Assembly (NCBI GenBank): GCA_010093705.1
Contig: MU006091.1
Coordinates: forward strand, 1,240,001-1,304,000
Source: Patellaria atrata CBS 101060
Lineage: Eukaryota
Length of the DNA stretch: 64,000 nucleotides
Direction of reading: 5' to 3'
A model generated the notes under the pieces. That model was not told where the DNA came from, did no database searches, and saw nothing but the letters and a program-made list of their open reading frames with translations. Of the stretch, positions 38,224 to 51,289 are shown piece after piece. The position numbers and the translations under genes are program-made. Within the stretch, counting starts at the first letter, position 1. Every line of letters begins with the position of its first letter.

Positions 38224-38991
38224 GGCTGTCTTTCGAGATGAAGCTTTTATGTTTCTCTCTAACTCAACGCAACGGCAGCATTCAACATGGAGTTTGATTT
38301 ATCAGGTCAGGAAAAGGGAACTAAGAACGTAAAAAGTGTTTCAGGATATCAAGGCCTTCACGTTTGGGGTTAGAGGTTCAACAATATTTCCATCACGCCT
38401 ATTGGCTATATAATTTTTTCCTAGAGGAGTTGGTTTTTAGAGGGGTACTTTGGCATAACATGTAGAAGTGCTTATGACAGTGGAACTTGATAGTCATCCT
38501 TAACCTAAATATCACCTTGTTGAAATACTGAGGTCTCCGTACGGAAATATATCTCTTCAATATCACCCAGGGTCGAAGTCTCAAAGACGGAGAATTACCC
38601 TTGAGCATGAGTCGCAGTATGCAGCTGTGAAACTTGGCGGAGGGTTCCTCTCACCGCCTTGTGGGCGCCCCTGAGAAAGGTCCAAGGGGTCGCATTCACT
38701 GAGGTGGAACTTGCATCGCCAGAGGTTCGTGCGCGTTCAACCACCTAAATTATTATTGTACGAGTCCAGCTCAAAACATCCCTCCATGTGCCTCCTCTTT
38801 CCATGAGCAACGATCTCCCCAAATGATCCCCAAACCTTTTCCCAATGTTTATATCCATTCCTGACCTTGGTATTCCTCTTTAGCGCTGGAGTTGGGGTTT
38901 TATTCGCCGAATTTTAGACGTCCTAGCGTAGAGGTATCACCTTGAAGGTGTACACCGCAGCTTTGTCTGCCGCATTCCCAACGTCAACACC

Positions 38992-41900
38992 ATGGCTCAT
39001 ATTTACGATGTCGGCACCCGTGCGTGGCAGCCCGATGCTACAGAAGGCTGGATTGCCTCTGAGGTGCAAGATAAGGTGGTCGACGGGGACAAAGTCACGC
39101 TGGTCTTCAAACTGGCAAATGGAGAGGCAAGTCAGCACAGCTGAAATACCGAGAGGATGCAATGTAGCTGACGACATTTATAAAGACTAGAACGGTAACA
39201 ACTACTGCTGCTGCTATCCAAGATGGCAATAATGGGGACCTCCCCCCTCTAATGAATCCGGCTATGCTTGAAGCTAGCGACGACTTAACGAATCTCTCAC
39301 ATCTCAACGAACCGGCTGGTAGGATCATACGGATAGTGTAGAGGGTTATATACTAATGTTATGGACATAGTATTGCAAGCTATCAAACTTCGTTATGCCC
39401 AGAAAGAAATATATACCTACAGTGGTATTGTCCTCATTGCGACTAACCCTTTCGCGAGGGTGGATTCTCTATACGTCCCGGGAATGGTACAAGTTTATGC
39501 AGGGAAGCAGAGGGCATCTCAAGCGCCCCACCTGTTCGCCATCGCTGAGGAGGCATTTGCGTAGGTCTAATGCTCTTTAGCTCGAGTGAAGGAAAATGCT
39601 AACCTGCAAACAGGGACATGCTTCGGGATAACAGGAATCAGACTATTGTGGTCTCAGGTGAATCTGGTGCTGGTAAGACCGTTAGCGCAAAGTACATTAT
39701 GAGATACTTCGCAACTCGAGAGTCCCCAGATGCGCCCAGTAAACGGACTAGGAATCGATCAGATGCCATGAGCGAGACTGAAGAACAGATTCTAGCCACG
39801 AATCCTATTATGGAAGCGTTCGGTAATGCTAAAACGACGCGAAATGACAACTCTTCAAGATTTGGTAAATATATTGAGATCATGTTTGACAGGAACACGG
39901 ACATCATTGGCGCAAAGATTAGAACATACCTACTGGAACGCTCCAGATTGGTGTTTCAGCCCCTCAAGGAGAGGAATTATCACATCTTCTATCAGCTAGC
40001 CGCAGGAGCTTCGGACGCTGAGAGAGAAGAACTAAGCCTCCTACCGGTTGAGCAGTTCGATTATCTCAACCAGGGGAGTTCGCCAAAGATCGATGGCGTA
40101 GACGACAAAGCTGAATTCATAGCGACTAAGGATGCTCTAAGTAAGATTGGCGTAGACTCCGGCGCGCAGAGCCAAATATTTCGTATATTAGCCGCTCTTC
40201 TCCACCTAGGTAATGTCCAAATCAAAGCAACACGGACCGAATCTACCCTTGCACCGGACGATAAGTTTTTGGTCACTGCTTGTAAACTTCTCGGCATCAA
40301 TGCGACCAACTTCGCTAGATGGACGGTAAAGAAGCAGCTGATCACACGAGGAGAAAAAATCACATCGAATTTGACCCAGCAACAAGCCGTAGTCGTAAGG
40401 GATTCAGTTGCGAAGTTCGTCTATTCTAGTCTTTTCGACTGGCTTGTCGAAAACATCAATCATGGTCTGGCTACCGAGGAAGTTCTTAGCCATGCTCACT
40501 CTTTCATTGGTGTTCTCGATATTTACGGGTTCGAGCACTTCGCTAAGAATTCGTTCGAACAATTTTGTATCAACTATGCTAACGAGAAGCTGCAGCAAGA
40601 GTTCAACCAACACGTGTTCAAGCTGGAGCAGGAAGAATACCTTCGCGAAGAAATCGATTGGACGTTCATCGACTTCTCTGATAACCAGCCCTGCATTGAT
40701 CTCATTGAAGGCAAGTTGGGCGTGCTCTCACTCTTAGATGAAGAATCTCGACTTCCCATGGGCTCGGACGAGCAATTCGTAACAAAACTACACCATAACT
40801 TTGGTTCGGACAAGCAGAAGTTTTACAAGAAGCCCCGCTTCGGCAAATCCTCTTTCACAGTATGCCATTATGCAGTTGATGTCACTTACGAATCCGACGG
40901 CTTCATTGAAAAGAATAGAGATACGGTCCCCGACGAGCATATGGAAGTACTTAAAGCGTCTACCAATCCGTTCTTGGGTGAGGTTTTAGAAGCAGCATCA
41001 GCAGTAAGAGAGAAGGAATCCGCTTCCGTCGCCAAACCTGGTGCAATGGCCGCCTCTGGCCGAAGGATTGGCACCGCTGCTAACAGAAAGCCAACATTGG
41101 GTGGCATATTCAAGTCTTCTCTTATCGAACTCATGAACACCATCAACTCTACCGACGTACACTATATTAGATGTATCAAGCCCAATGAGGCAAAGGCAGC
41201 ATGGAAGTTCGAGGGCCCAATGGTATTGAGCCAGCTACGAGCTTGTGGTGTCCTTGAAACGGTCCGTATCAGTTGCGCAGGGTATCCCACGAGATGGACA
41301 TATGAAGAATTCGCTTTACGGTACTACATGCTTGTGCCATCTAAATCATGGACTCCCGAAATCAGGAACATGGCAAACGCAATCTTAAGCAAAGCGTTCG
41401 GCGCGGGAAAGAAAGATGCGGACGATAAGTACCAAATGGGCCTAACTAAGATCTTTTTCCGTGCAGGTATGCTTGCATACCTAGAGAATCTGCGAACGAC
41501 CCGATTGAATGATGCTGCTATTATGATCCAGAAGAATCTCCGCGCCAAATATTGGCGGCGCGTGTTCCTCGAAGCCAGACAGTCCATTATCACATTCCAG
41601 TCAGCGGTACGAGGTTCCATTGCGAGACAACATGCGGAGGAGGCGCGGCAAGTTAGAGCGGCAACCACGATCCAGAGAGTCTGGCGCGGGGCGAAAGCGC
41701 GCAAGTTCTATCATTCAACTCGACGCAACGTCATCCTATTTCAATCAGCCGCGAAGGGTTACTTATGCAGAAAGCACATCCTTGACACGCGACTTGGTAA
41801 CGCAGCAGTACTCATTCAACGAAACTGGCGATCTGCTAGGCAGCTCAAGGCCTGGAGGCAGTATCGCCGTAAGGTGGTCATCATACAGAGTTTGTGGAGA

Positions 41901-43950
41901 GGAAGGAAAGCTAGGAAGGGTTATAAGGGCATGCGTGAAGAAGCTCGCGATCTCAAGCAGATCTCGTACAAGCTTGAGAACAAAGTTGTCGAGCTCACAC
42001 AGTCCTTAGGTACCATGAAGACTGAGAACAAGGACTTGCGAAGGCAGGTGCAGAATTACGAAAGTCAACTCAAGTCGTGGAAGAGTCAGAGTAGCGCACT
42101 CGAAGCCAGGGCGAGAGAGTTGCAGGCAGAAGCAAATCAAGCCGGTATCACTGCTGCACGTCTAAGCGCAATGGAGGATGACTACAAGAAGTTGCAACAC
42201 AGTTTCGAAGAGAGTACAGCAAATATGCGTCGCTTGCAAGACATAGAGAAGGGTCTACGGGAACAATTACGTTCCACATCGGAGGAACTCACCGTTGCAA
42301 AGAGACGAGGAAGTAGCTTTGAGAGCGAGAAGAACTCGTTACGTCAACAGCTCATTGATATGCAAGATCAGCTCGAGTTGGCGAAACGGTCCGGTCCTAT
42401 CAACGGGGAAATTCTCAACGGCATATCACACGCGCCCCCAAGTGGCCTCATCAATCTTGTGTCCTCCAAGAAACCCAAGAGACGAAGCGCTGGCCCTGAA
42501 CGTATCGACATGGATCGTTTCAGCTCCGCATACAACCCTCGACCCGTGTCGATGGCTCTTCCAGGTACTACCGTCCATCGCCAGAACCTCTCTGGGTCAA
42601 CATTCACACCTGGACTTGACAATATTGAGCTCGAGTTGGAGAATCTTCTTTCTGATGAAGATGCTCTCAACGACGAGATCACGATGGGTCTCATTAGGAA
42701 CCTCATGATTCCCTCTCCAAGTACAACGCCACCTCCAACGGACAAGGAAATTTTATTTCCTGCATATCTCATCAATCTCGTTACATCAGAGATGTGGAAT
42801 AATGGCTTTGTGAAGGAGTCTGAACGGTTCCTTGCAAATGTCATGCAATCGATCCAACAGGAGGTCATGCAACACGATGGCGAAGATGCGATCAATCCAG
42901 GCGCTTTCTGGTTATCTAATGTTCATGAGATGCTGTCTTTTGTGTTCTTGGCAGAAGATTGGTATGAGCAACAAAAGACTGAAAACTATGAGTATGATCG
43001 TCTCCTTGAGATAGTCAAGCACGATCTGGAAAGTCTTGAGTTCAACATTTATCATACTTGGATGAAGGTACTGAAGAAGAAGCTGCAGAAGATGATCGTT
43101 CCAGCAATCATCGAGTCTCAATCGTTGCCAGGCTTCGTTACAAACGAGAGCAATAGATTCCTCGGCAAACTCCTACAATCAAATAACACACCGGCTTTCA
43201 GCATGGATAACTTACTCAGCTTGTTAAACAACGTATACAAGGCTATGAAGGCTTACTATCTAGAAGATTCGATCATCACGCAATGTGTAACGGAACTATT
43301 GCGGTTGGTTGGTGTCACTGCCTTCAACGATCTTCTGATGAGAAGGAACTTCCTTTCGTGGAAGCGAGGCCTGCAAATCAACTATAATATCACCAGGATA
43401 GAAGAGTGGTGCAAGAGCCATGAGATGCCGGAGGGCACTCTACAACTGGAGCATCTAATGCAAGCGACGAAGCTTTTGCAACTTAAGAAGGCAACTCTCA
43501 ACGACATCGAAATCATCCAGGATATCTGTTGGATGCTCTCCCCCAACCAGATTCAGAAGCTCCTGAACCAATACCTTGTGGCAGACTACGAGCAGCCCAT
43601 CAATGGTGAGATCATGAAAGCAGTTGCTTCCAAGGTAACGGAGAAGAGTGATGTTCTCCTGTTGACCGCTGTGGATATGGATGACAGTGGACCTTATGAG
43701 ATTGCCGAACCCCGTGTAATCACCGCTTTGGAGACCTATACACCATCATGTAAGGCTTCATTTTGAACTGTATGCAAATATGTTACTAATAACTTTCCCA
43801 GGGCTCCAAACACCTCGTCTGAAGAGGTTAGCAGAAATCGTCTCGGCGCAAGCTATCGCGCAACAAGAGAAGCTTGAGTTTGAGCATGTTAATGGTAACG
43901 GAACCGAGGCTGCGCAAGGTCTCGCCATCAGTGAGGTTGAGGTTGTATAG
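38992..43950 (+). CDS. MYO2: Class V myosin (Myo2/MyoE), ~1580 aa
   Basis: Exons 38992-39126, 39186-39318, 39371-39560, 39614-43749 and 43802-43950; DDLTNLSHLNEPA, P-loop GESGAGKT, NDNSSRFGK, LDIYGFE, IQ repeats, coiled coil and DIL tail (FNDLLMRRNFLSWKRGLQINYN); first intron is GC-AG. Confidence 0.97.
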
Positions 43951-44702
43951 ATCAAGCTCAATTATGACCTTAGGAGTTTGATGTACGAGCTATGTTTGCT
44001 AATAGAGGGCGATGTGTTGGCTACGTTTTTCTTTCACACGATGCAGCAGTAATTCTAGGGGAACGATTATTTAGTGCCTGAGTGTTTTGCGAGAGCAGTA
44101 TTCATGGGTGATCTTGGTATTTTCTTTTCATCGACGATGCATGCTGGGTTTTATCCTCCTATCTGTATATACGGTTCGTTTGATGCGGACGACCTTGGCT
44201 GCTGAGGCGATGATCAGCCCATGTTACGGTGTAATGATTAGAATGGAATCTGAAGTTTATGTCTGACGTGCTTGACACTTTTTAATCTGCAGGAAATGCT
44301 CCAAAGTGTGAAACTAAGACTGTAGGTATAAAATGCAATTAGGAGTGCGAAAGTCTTAATTAGTCAGCTCGAATTCCATTTTCAGTTACTGCACTACGAA
44401 CGTCAGAACGAGACGACTTAAGTTCTAATCGTTACCTTAGGTTTGCCATGGGGCAACAAACGAATATGAAATGTCGACTCGATAATATAATCCACAAAGG
44501 AGATGTTGTCCCAAGACATAGATCGTGACAAGGCGCATCGCCAGCTGTGTACAGTACGTTTCGGGTCGAGCTTGCCGTGTTCACGTTGACCTGACCTTTG
44601 TCGACCTCACCTCGCCTTTACATCGCCTGCTTCAAATAATTTTTCTGATTTCTACATATTGAGGACAGAAGGCGTGTCCTAAAGGAATTAGAACCTTGCA
44701 TC

Positions 44703-46296
44703 ATGGTTTCCTCTTCTAGCTTGTTTACCTGTCCTTTCTGCTCTTATTTAGTCGACGATGAATATGTCATCACCCTTCACGTTGAAGAAATGCACACGGA
44801 AGATTCGCCGTTCGTAGTGACAAGCACCTCTCCACCGGAAAAGTCAAGCAGAATGGATGTGCTGCAACATAGTTCCTCAAACTACGACACTGGTTCCAGC
44901 GATGGTACAGATGGGTGGGTTACTTGCCCTGTGGAGGACTGCGAAGAGGAGATATTGATCTCCGAATGGAACGATCACATGGACTATCATGAAGCAGACC
45001 GACTTGCAGACGGACAGAAAGACGTTAGCGAAAGAAGAGCGGACGAGTATGCTTTTATTGAGCAAAATTTCAAAACAGATATACCAGGCGAATTGCGTTC
45101 AAGCCCGCAAAAGCGTAGTCGCCATCATCGTAGCAGTAGCGAGAAGACCACCCTCTCAAGAAGCATATTTAGCTTCGGTTCGAGCACGAAGGAGAAAAGT
45201 CGTCACAAGTCTTCTACCAAATCACAATTTAATGCCACGGAACAAAGTGCTCGATTGGGGGTACGTTTGACAGGTCCTTCTTTGGTTCAATCTAACATCA
45301 TCACAGCGAAGTGAGCTAGGTCCGCACGCTTACGAGGAAAAGATGCCCAGGTGGTTATATGACCAACTTGAGCGAGGAGGGAAAGTGACTGCGAACAACA
45401 TCATTGGTCCCGATGGCAGAACTCTTCGAGTAGAAATGATAGAAAACGAAACGCAAGGCCTCATTGCCCTACTCGCGCAGCTTTCCAACTTAGACAAGAC
45501 CGTTCGTGAAGCGTTCTTTTGCCATCCAAGTACTACACATGTCGGCAAGACGCCTAGAGAAGGAGGCTTCTGCGGCTATCGGAATATACAGATGTTTGTT
45601 TCGTACATTCAAGGTGCAAAGACAGCCGGACACGAACACTTTCCGGGAAGGCTCCCGACAATATTAAAGATTCAAGATTGGATCGAACGAGCCTGGGACC
45701 AAGGGTTCAACGAAATCGGCCGCGTCCAAACCGGTGGTATACGAGGCACACGTAAATATATTGGTACCCCGGAAGCTCAGGCGCTATGCCTCTACCTTGG
45801 GATCCCTTGCGATATAGTAGTGATAAGTGATATTCGAGATGGTTCTCAAGCACACGAACAGTTGTTATCCTTTGTCGAAGAATATTTCAAGACCGGAGTC
45901 TCGTCAAATAAGGATTCGAAGGTCCACAGGACACATCTACCTCCGATCTACCTACAACAACCAGGTCACTCCCTGACAATCATTGGGTTTGAAAAGCGAA
46001 GGGATGGGTCATGCAACCTTCTGGTATTTGATCCAATGTTCAAAACTACCGATCACACGCGACACCTGGTCGGTCGAGATAACCTCCGCACGGCACGGCC
46101 GCAGGTAATACATGTCTACCGTCGAGGAGCAAAACGACTCAGAAGACATAGGGACTTCGAACTACTGTGGTATATACTTTTCTACTCCCTGTTCAATCCT
46201 TTACCGCGTTTGAATAACAACATTCTCTATAGTCTCAGACCTTCGGTAGCGTCGAACGCTCATCCTGGCCCTGAATCGACTGTCAGTTATTATTAG
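44703..46296 (+). CDS. Zinc-finger C78-family cysteine peptidase, ZUP1/Mug105-like deubiquitinase
   Basis: Two C2H2-like fingers (CPFC..HVEEMH; CPVEDC..HMDYH); intron 45261-45306; catalytic motifs GFCGYRNIQM (Cys), QQPGHSLTIIG (His) and LVFDP (Asp). Confidence 0.85.
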
Positions 46297-47082
46297 TTCA
46301 GCTGTTACGTATGAGATACCACTTCAAATCACTGCTTATAACTAGGTTTCGAACCTATTCGGTCTTTGGAGTATGATCAGACCTGAGGGGGTGTCCACTG
46401 GATGGGGACTCTAGGGTCCTAGAGAGTTTAGATGGTGGATAGGTCGAGGGCAGCAAAATAGGGTAATGACTGGTGGATATCACTGCTTTGGCACGATTAC
46501 AGCAATCTCTAATTAGTGATGACCGATTATGGCTAAGTATAGTGCTAAGAAAAATTTTGGTTTTTCATCACAGTCAACCTCAACACTTCCCAAAATTCCT
46601 CCCCTCCTTAATATTAGCACTGATCTGATAGTATACGCATAATATACATGCTATAAGTTATCATGTTTTGCAATTCCGAATGCCTCTACATTGTACACGT
46701 ATATATCCTCGTCCTTCACTGTTAACCCTCCACAGCGTCTGTACACTTGCTGTAGACACAATGGCCAGTATCGTATTTAAAGAATTGGTATAATTCATGT
46801 ACAGATATAATCAAAATGTCGGTACAGCTTAAAATGCATTCATATGATTCCATTGTGCCACTTAGTTGAGTCGAAGTCCTAGCAATGGTCACGTTATAAT
46901 GAGCCTTTTTTGGTCACGGCAGGTGATAGGAACCTCAATTTCAGCTTCGGTTTATATGATTTCATAAAATTAGTACTTCGGGGTTTACTAGAAGGTTTTA
47001 ATAGGTCGGTTTGAAAGTTTCGAGAGCGCTATAAGATTCTTAAGATAATTTGGATTTGTCGCAGCACATTATACATACCATA

Positions 47083-47101
47083 CCCCCCCCCCCCCCCCCC
47101 C
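47083..47101. repeat. C19 homopolymer (G19 on minus strand)
   Basis: 19 consecutive C, ~280 nt upstream of the orphan gene ATG at 47377. Confidence 0.9.
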
Positions 47102-47376
47102 ATAATTGTGAAGTCACATTATCTCTCTCATCCTTCACTCTATAACTGCAATACTCGAGGTTCCCAGCCACCAAGCTCTATTGTAAAGCTACAACTGCGG
47201 GCACACGGGCCAACTGCCGCTCTACTTGCAGCTTCTAAAGCTTTTACTTCTAACTTTCTTAATTTCCTCTTCCAACTTCTCTCACAACATTTCCTTACAA
47301 CTCTATCACACCACAACTTTCCAACCATACAACACCACACCATTTGAAGAACTCTACGTAATATCATCATCTGAAA

Positions 47377-49454
47377 ATGGCTAGAAAGAGTATGAACCCT
47401 ACAAGCACTCGTCGCACTCGTGCGACCAAGCCCAAGTCCACTGCGTATAGCGCCATCAACACTGATGGAAATATGCCGTCGACCTCATCAGATATGTCGA
47501 CACCACCAGTCAGTGAGGGATCTAGCACTCCTGTAATTGCGACATCTGGAACAACAACTCAGACGTCGAACACAACTATCAGCCCAGGTAAGTGCATCCT
47601 TGATTCAGTTTAACCTTCTAATATCCTAACACATACTCGAACTCGATACTAACTGCTTTCTAGATGTGCAAGGAAATAACAGCACAGTATTTGTGCAAGA
47701 CGTGTGGGTTGTTGGGCGCAAATACGAGCTCAATTCTTGGAGGAAGCACAAGTCGCCCTCCGGTTCAGAGGGCGAATCACCCGCAAAGCGGGTCAAGACT
47801 GCCCACGACGGTAGCATCGGCGATTCTACAGATGCTAATCTAGAAGCGTCTGTCGCTGTTCCATTCTCGCCTCCAAAGGCAAATTCTGAACAAGTTGCTT
47901 CTGTAGAAGCAATCAAGATGGAGGTCAAAGTAAGCAATATCATACCCCAAATACCATCACAGCAACATTCATACTGACGTTGAGGTACAGGAACCTACTA
48001 AGTCTGGCCGAAAGCTAAAGCGGAAGGCAGACCAGCTGGAACCTGTACGACATTCAGCTAGACTGAAGAATAAGGCCACTGGGAAGGCCGAAGAGAGCCA
48101 AGAGTCTGAGCCAATTCCCACGGTGAAGATGCCTGGTGGGAAGAGGAGGAAATTAGATTCAACTCCACCATCGAAGAAGGATGTTGCTGAAAGTTCGAAT
48201 GCCATCATCCCGGAGACACCACAAGGTGAATCTCTCCCAGTGCTTCCAACTATGGATTGGAATCCCGCAAAGAGTATCACTATCCGGAGGTCTCCTCGTA
48301 AGGAGCAAACCCAAATTCCAGAATCTAGTATTACAAAAGTTCCTCACGGCGAAAGCCCCCTCTCCAGCATCTCTGAGACTCAGGACACAGAGTCCAGCAC
48401 CTTATCATCTCCTCCTAGCAAATCCTCTTCTCCTGTACCAGCAGACGTCGTCCCCGAAACCACTGTAGGACCGTCAACCACCTCCCACGACCCCGACGGC
48501 CGCATCCTTCTCTCCGGTGCCCGAATTCTTTGTCGTGATCAGGAAGGTATACAAAATACCTATATCATCAAGGACAGCAAAGGCCTTCACGAAGCTACCC
48601 CCCGAACCATCTACAACTCCGTCTCCCAGGCCGAACTCGAACGCTTCGAACACGCAATCGTGCCAGTCGAGGCAAAGATGATCAAGGGCCTAAGGGAAGA
48701 TAACACGCAGGCTCGTAAGAAGCATCCGATTCTGGGAGCCACGCACGTTGTATGGTCCAATCTTTCCCCAAACACTAGCTCAAAGACCCTGAATGCGGTT
48801 CACGTCAGGGCCATGCAGAAGTTGGAGAAGGAGCGCGACCATGCGGTCAAGAGGGCCGAGGATGCGGAATATAGACTGCGAGCTTATAAGCGGGAGATTG
48901 AACTTGCGGATCTTGTCAATGAGAATGCAGGGAAGAAGCCCATGAGGGATAAGAGCAAGCCACTCCATGAGATGAAGTTGGATCCTAAATTGAAAGGCAA
49001 AATGAGGAGTATGGATTGCTGGAGTGCATTTGAGAAGTGGTACAAGGGCGAAATGAACGAGAACGTGGAACTGCATGCGAGAGTTGAGGCTCTACAGGAG
49101 CAGCTTACCGATCGTGAAAAGTCGAGAGCTGATTTGCGGGCTTCGACTGCTACGATGTCAACTCACGATGGGGGAGAAATTATGTCGAAGAAGGCACATA
49201 TGGCCGTTCTCTTGAGAGTGGAGCAGATGCTCGAAGACGAGAAAGATAAAGTTGAGGATCTCGAAGATGCGCTTACGAAGTTCTGGCAGTCTGGCAAAGG
49301 GAATATTACTTCCGAGAATGCTGGGTTGACGGATAGAATCGAGGAATTGGATATCGAGAAGCAGGAAAAGCAGAATGAAATTGACAGCTTGAAGGTTCGG
49401 TTGAGGATGATTGAGGAGTCTGAGAAGGAAAAGCAGTCTTCTAATGAGGGTTAG
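47377..49454 (+). CDS. Hypothetical protein, ~646 aa; Ser/Thr/Pro-rich basic N-half and C-terminal coiled coil; probably nuclear
   Basis: Exons 47377-47587, 47664-47929 and 47991-49454 join in frame at consensus sites (GTAAGT..CTAAC..TAG; GTAAGC..CTGAC..CAG); NLS-like PAKRVK and KRRKL; EK-rich heptads. Confidence 0.8.
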
Positions 49455-50174
49455 TAAGGGAAATGGTGGATAGACGCCTCTGATTTCGGTTGACCTAAAT
49501 TGTTTATTCCCGGCTGAAAGGGGCGGATGTCGTAGATGTGAGGGCAAATTGCATATTGGCGGCGTTATGGGTTTGGGATGAGATTTGGACAGCGATGATG
49601 TTTGCGGAACGATTTCTATGCACAGCGAACGGTGTTTTCGGATGAGTTTCTATGCATAGCGTGGTGTTTGAATCTGATTAGTATACCCTGGTGTTTGGGT
49701 CTGATTTATCATAGCCTGGTGTTTGGGGCTAATTAGCATAACGTGTGGAGTAAATTGATCATTTCCCTCTTGTTCCCTTCTTGTGCATGACCCTATCGTG
49801 ATGTTGCTACCGCGTTTGAGGGCGTAGAACATGATATGGAGTAGCAAACGAACGTATCTGCTGATTTTTAGCAGGCCATCTTGTCTTGTTCTCTTTCTTC
49901 TCTGCTGGTTTTCTCCCTGCAGCTTTCCTCTGCAGCTTTTATCTCTGCAGCTTTCCTTTCCTCTTCCACTTCCTCATATCTTAACATCCCTCGGCTCTAA
50001 GCTCTAAACGCTTTCTATAATACGAGGTAAATCTTAACCATACACCGATACTACTTAACCTTTCTTTAATACCATATACTTCTATAACCCTTTCTCTTCT
50101 CTTCTTTATTGAAAATAATTTCCCCCTCCTTAGAAAAACTTTACCCTTTTTACCTACCTTATCCGCCTTATTAA

Positions 50175-51136
50175 CCCTTCTCTAAATCCTTCTTTACCGC
50201 ATCTCCCTACGCCTATGCTCTGAAACCACCCCTAGATATCCCTAAAACAGCGACCTACCTCAAAACCCACAAGGTCAGCACCACCAACCGCGACCCCCCA
50301 CCCAGACCAAAGCTCCAAACCCATCACCTCCCTTCTCCCACCAAGCGCACACATAGCATGCCCACCCCCCAACTCAAACAGTGGACTGGCTACCCGCCTC
50401 TCCAACCACAACGAACTGGCCCCCCTCTCCTCCCTCCTATACAGCAGGAAGACCACCCCACCAAACTCCTCGCGCGCCTAAAGTACGCGGAGCAAAATGT
50501 ACGTTTTCCCCTATCAGCTTTCCTTAATATCCAGCCTAGGATCTTCGGGTTAGGTTAAGCTCTAAAAGGAATTAGCTCTCGATCCTTAAAACGTTTCTTA
50601 CGGCGCGGGATGGGCGAATAGTATCGCTAGAGAAGGGGGCGGGGGAGAGGGATGTGGGGTTAAGAGCTGCGGAGCGTCGGGTCGCTGAGAGTGAAACGTA
50701 GCCGAGGGAAAAGGAGGAGGAGAAGGAGGATGGGGATTGGGTGGGTACTGAGCCCCTTTCCGGAACCAGGTGGAGGTTTACCGGCTGCGGAAGCGGGGCG
50801 AGGACCTCGCGGTTGAGAACCGTAGGTTGGAAGTAGAGGTTAAGAGATTCAAGGGGGAAGTGAAGAGAGAGGAAAAGGAAGTGGGATTGGTTCGTTGCGG
50901 CGAGGGAGATGATGAGGGGGTATGAGGGACTTGGGAAGAGGGCGGGGGTGTCGGGGTGTGAGTTGGATCCGGTGCGGTTTGCGCTAAGGGGTGTGGAGGG
51001 GAGGAGGGACGGGGTCTTCGTTGCGAATGGGGATTATGTTAGGGAGAAGGGGGTGTATGGGTTTGGGAGAAAAGGGGGGAGGAGGGGTGTTGAGGATTTG
51101 ATTGGGATTTATGAGGTGCTTTATGAGATGGGATGA
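50175..51136 (+). pseudogene. Possible decayed spliced gene with coiled-coil-like fragments
   Basis: Open frame 50175-50498 (ATG at 50358), intron-like GTACGT..ATTAG, then an E/K/R-rich reading broken by TAG at ~50698 and by frame changes; flanks look TpA-rich. Confidence 0.35.
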
Positions 51137-51289
51137 CGGATCATTGGATGGGAAAATGGACGGAACGGACTGAAGAGAAGCACGATTGGGGATTTGCACA
51201 TTACTGGGTGTTTGAAATACGTACACATCTTCATTCCAGCGGGACCGATACTCGGATATACAGAGCAGATGCCGCACATGACAGCCTTC

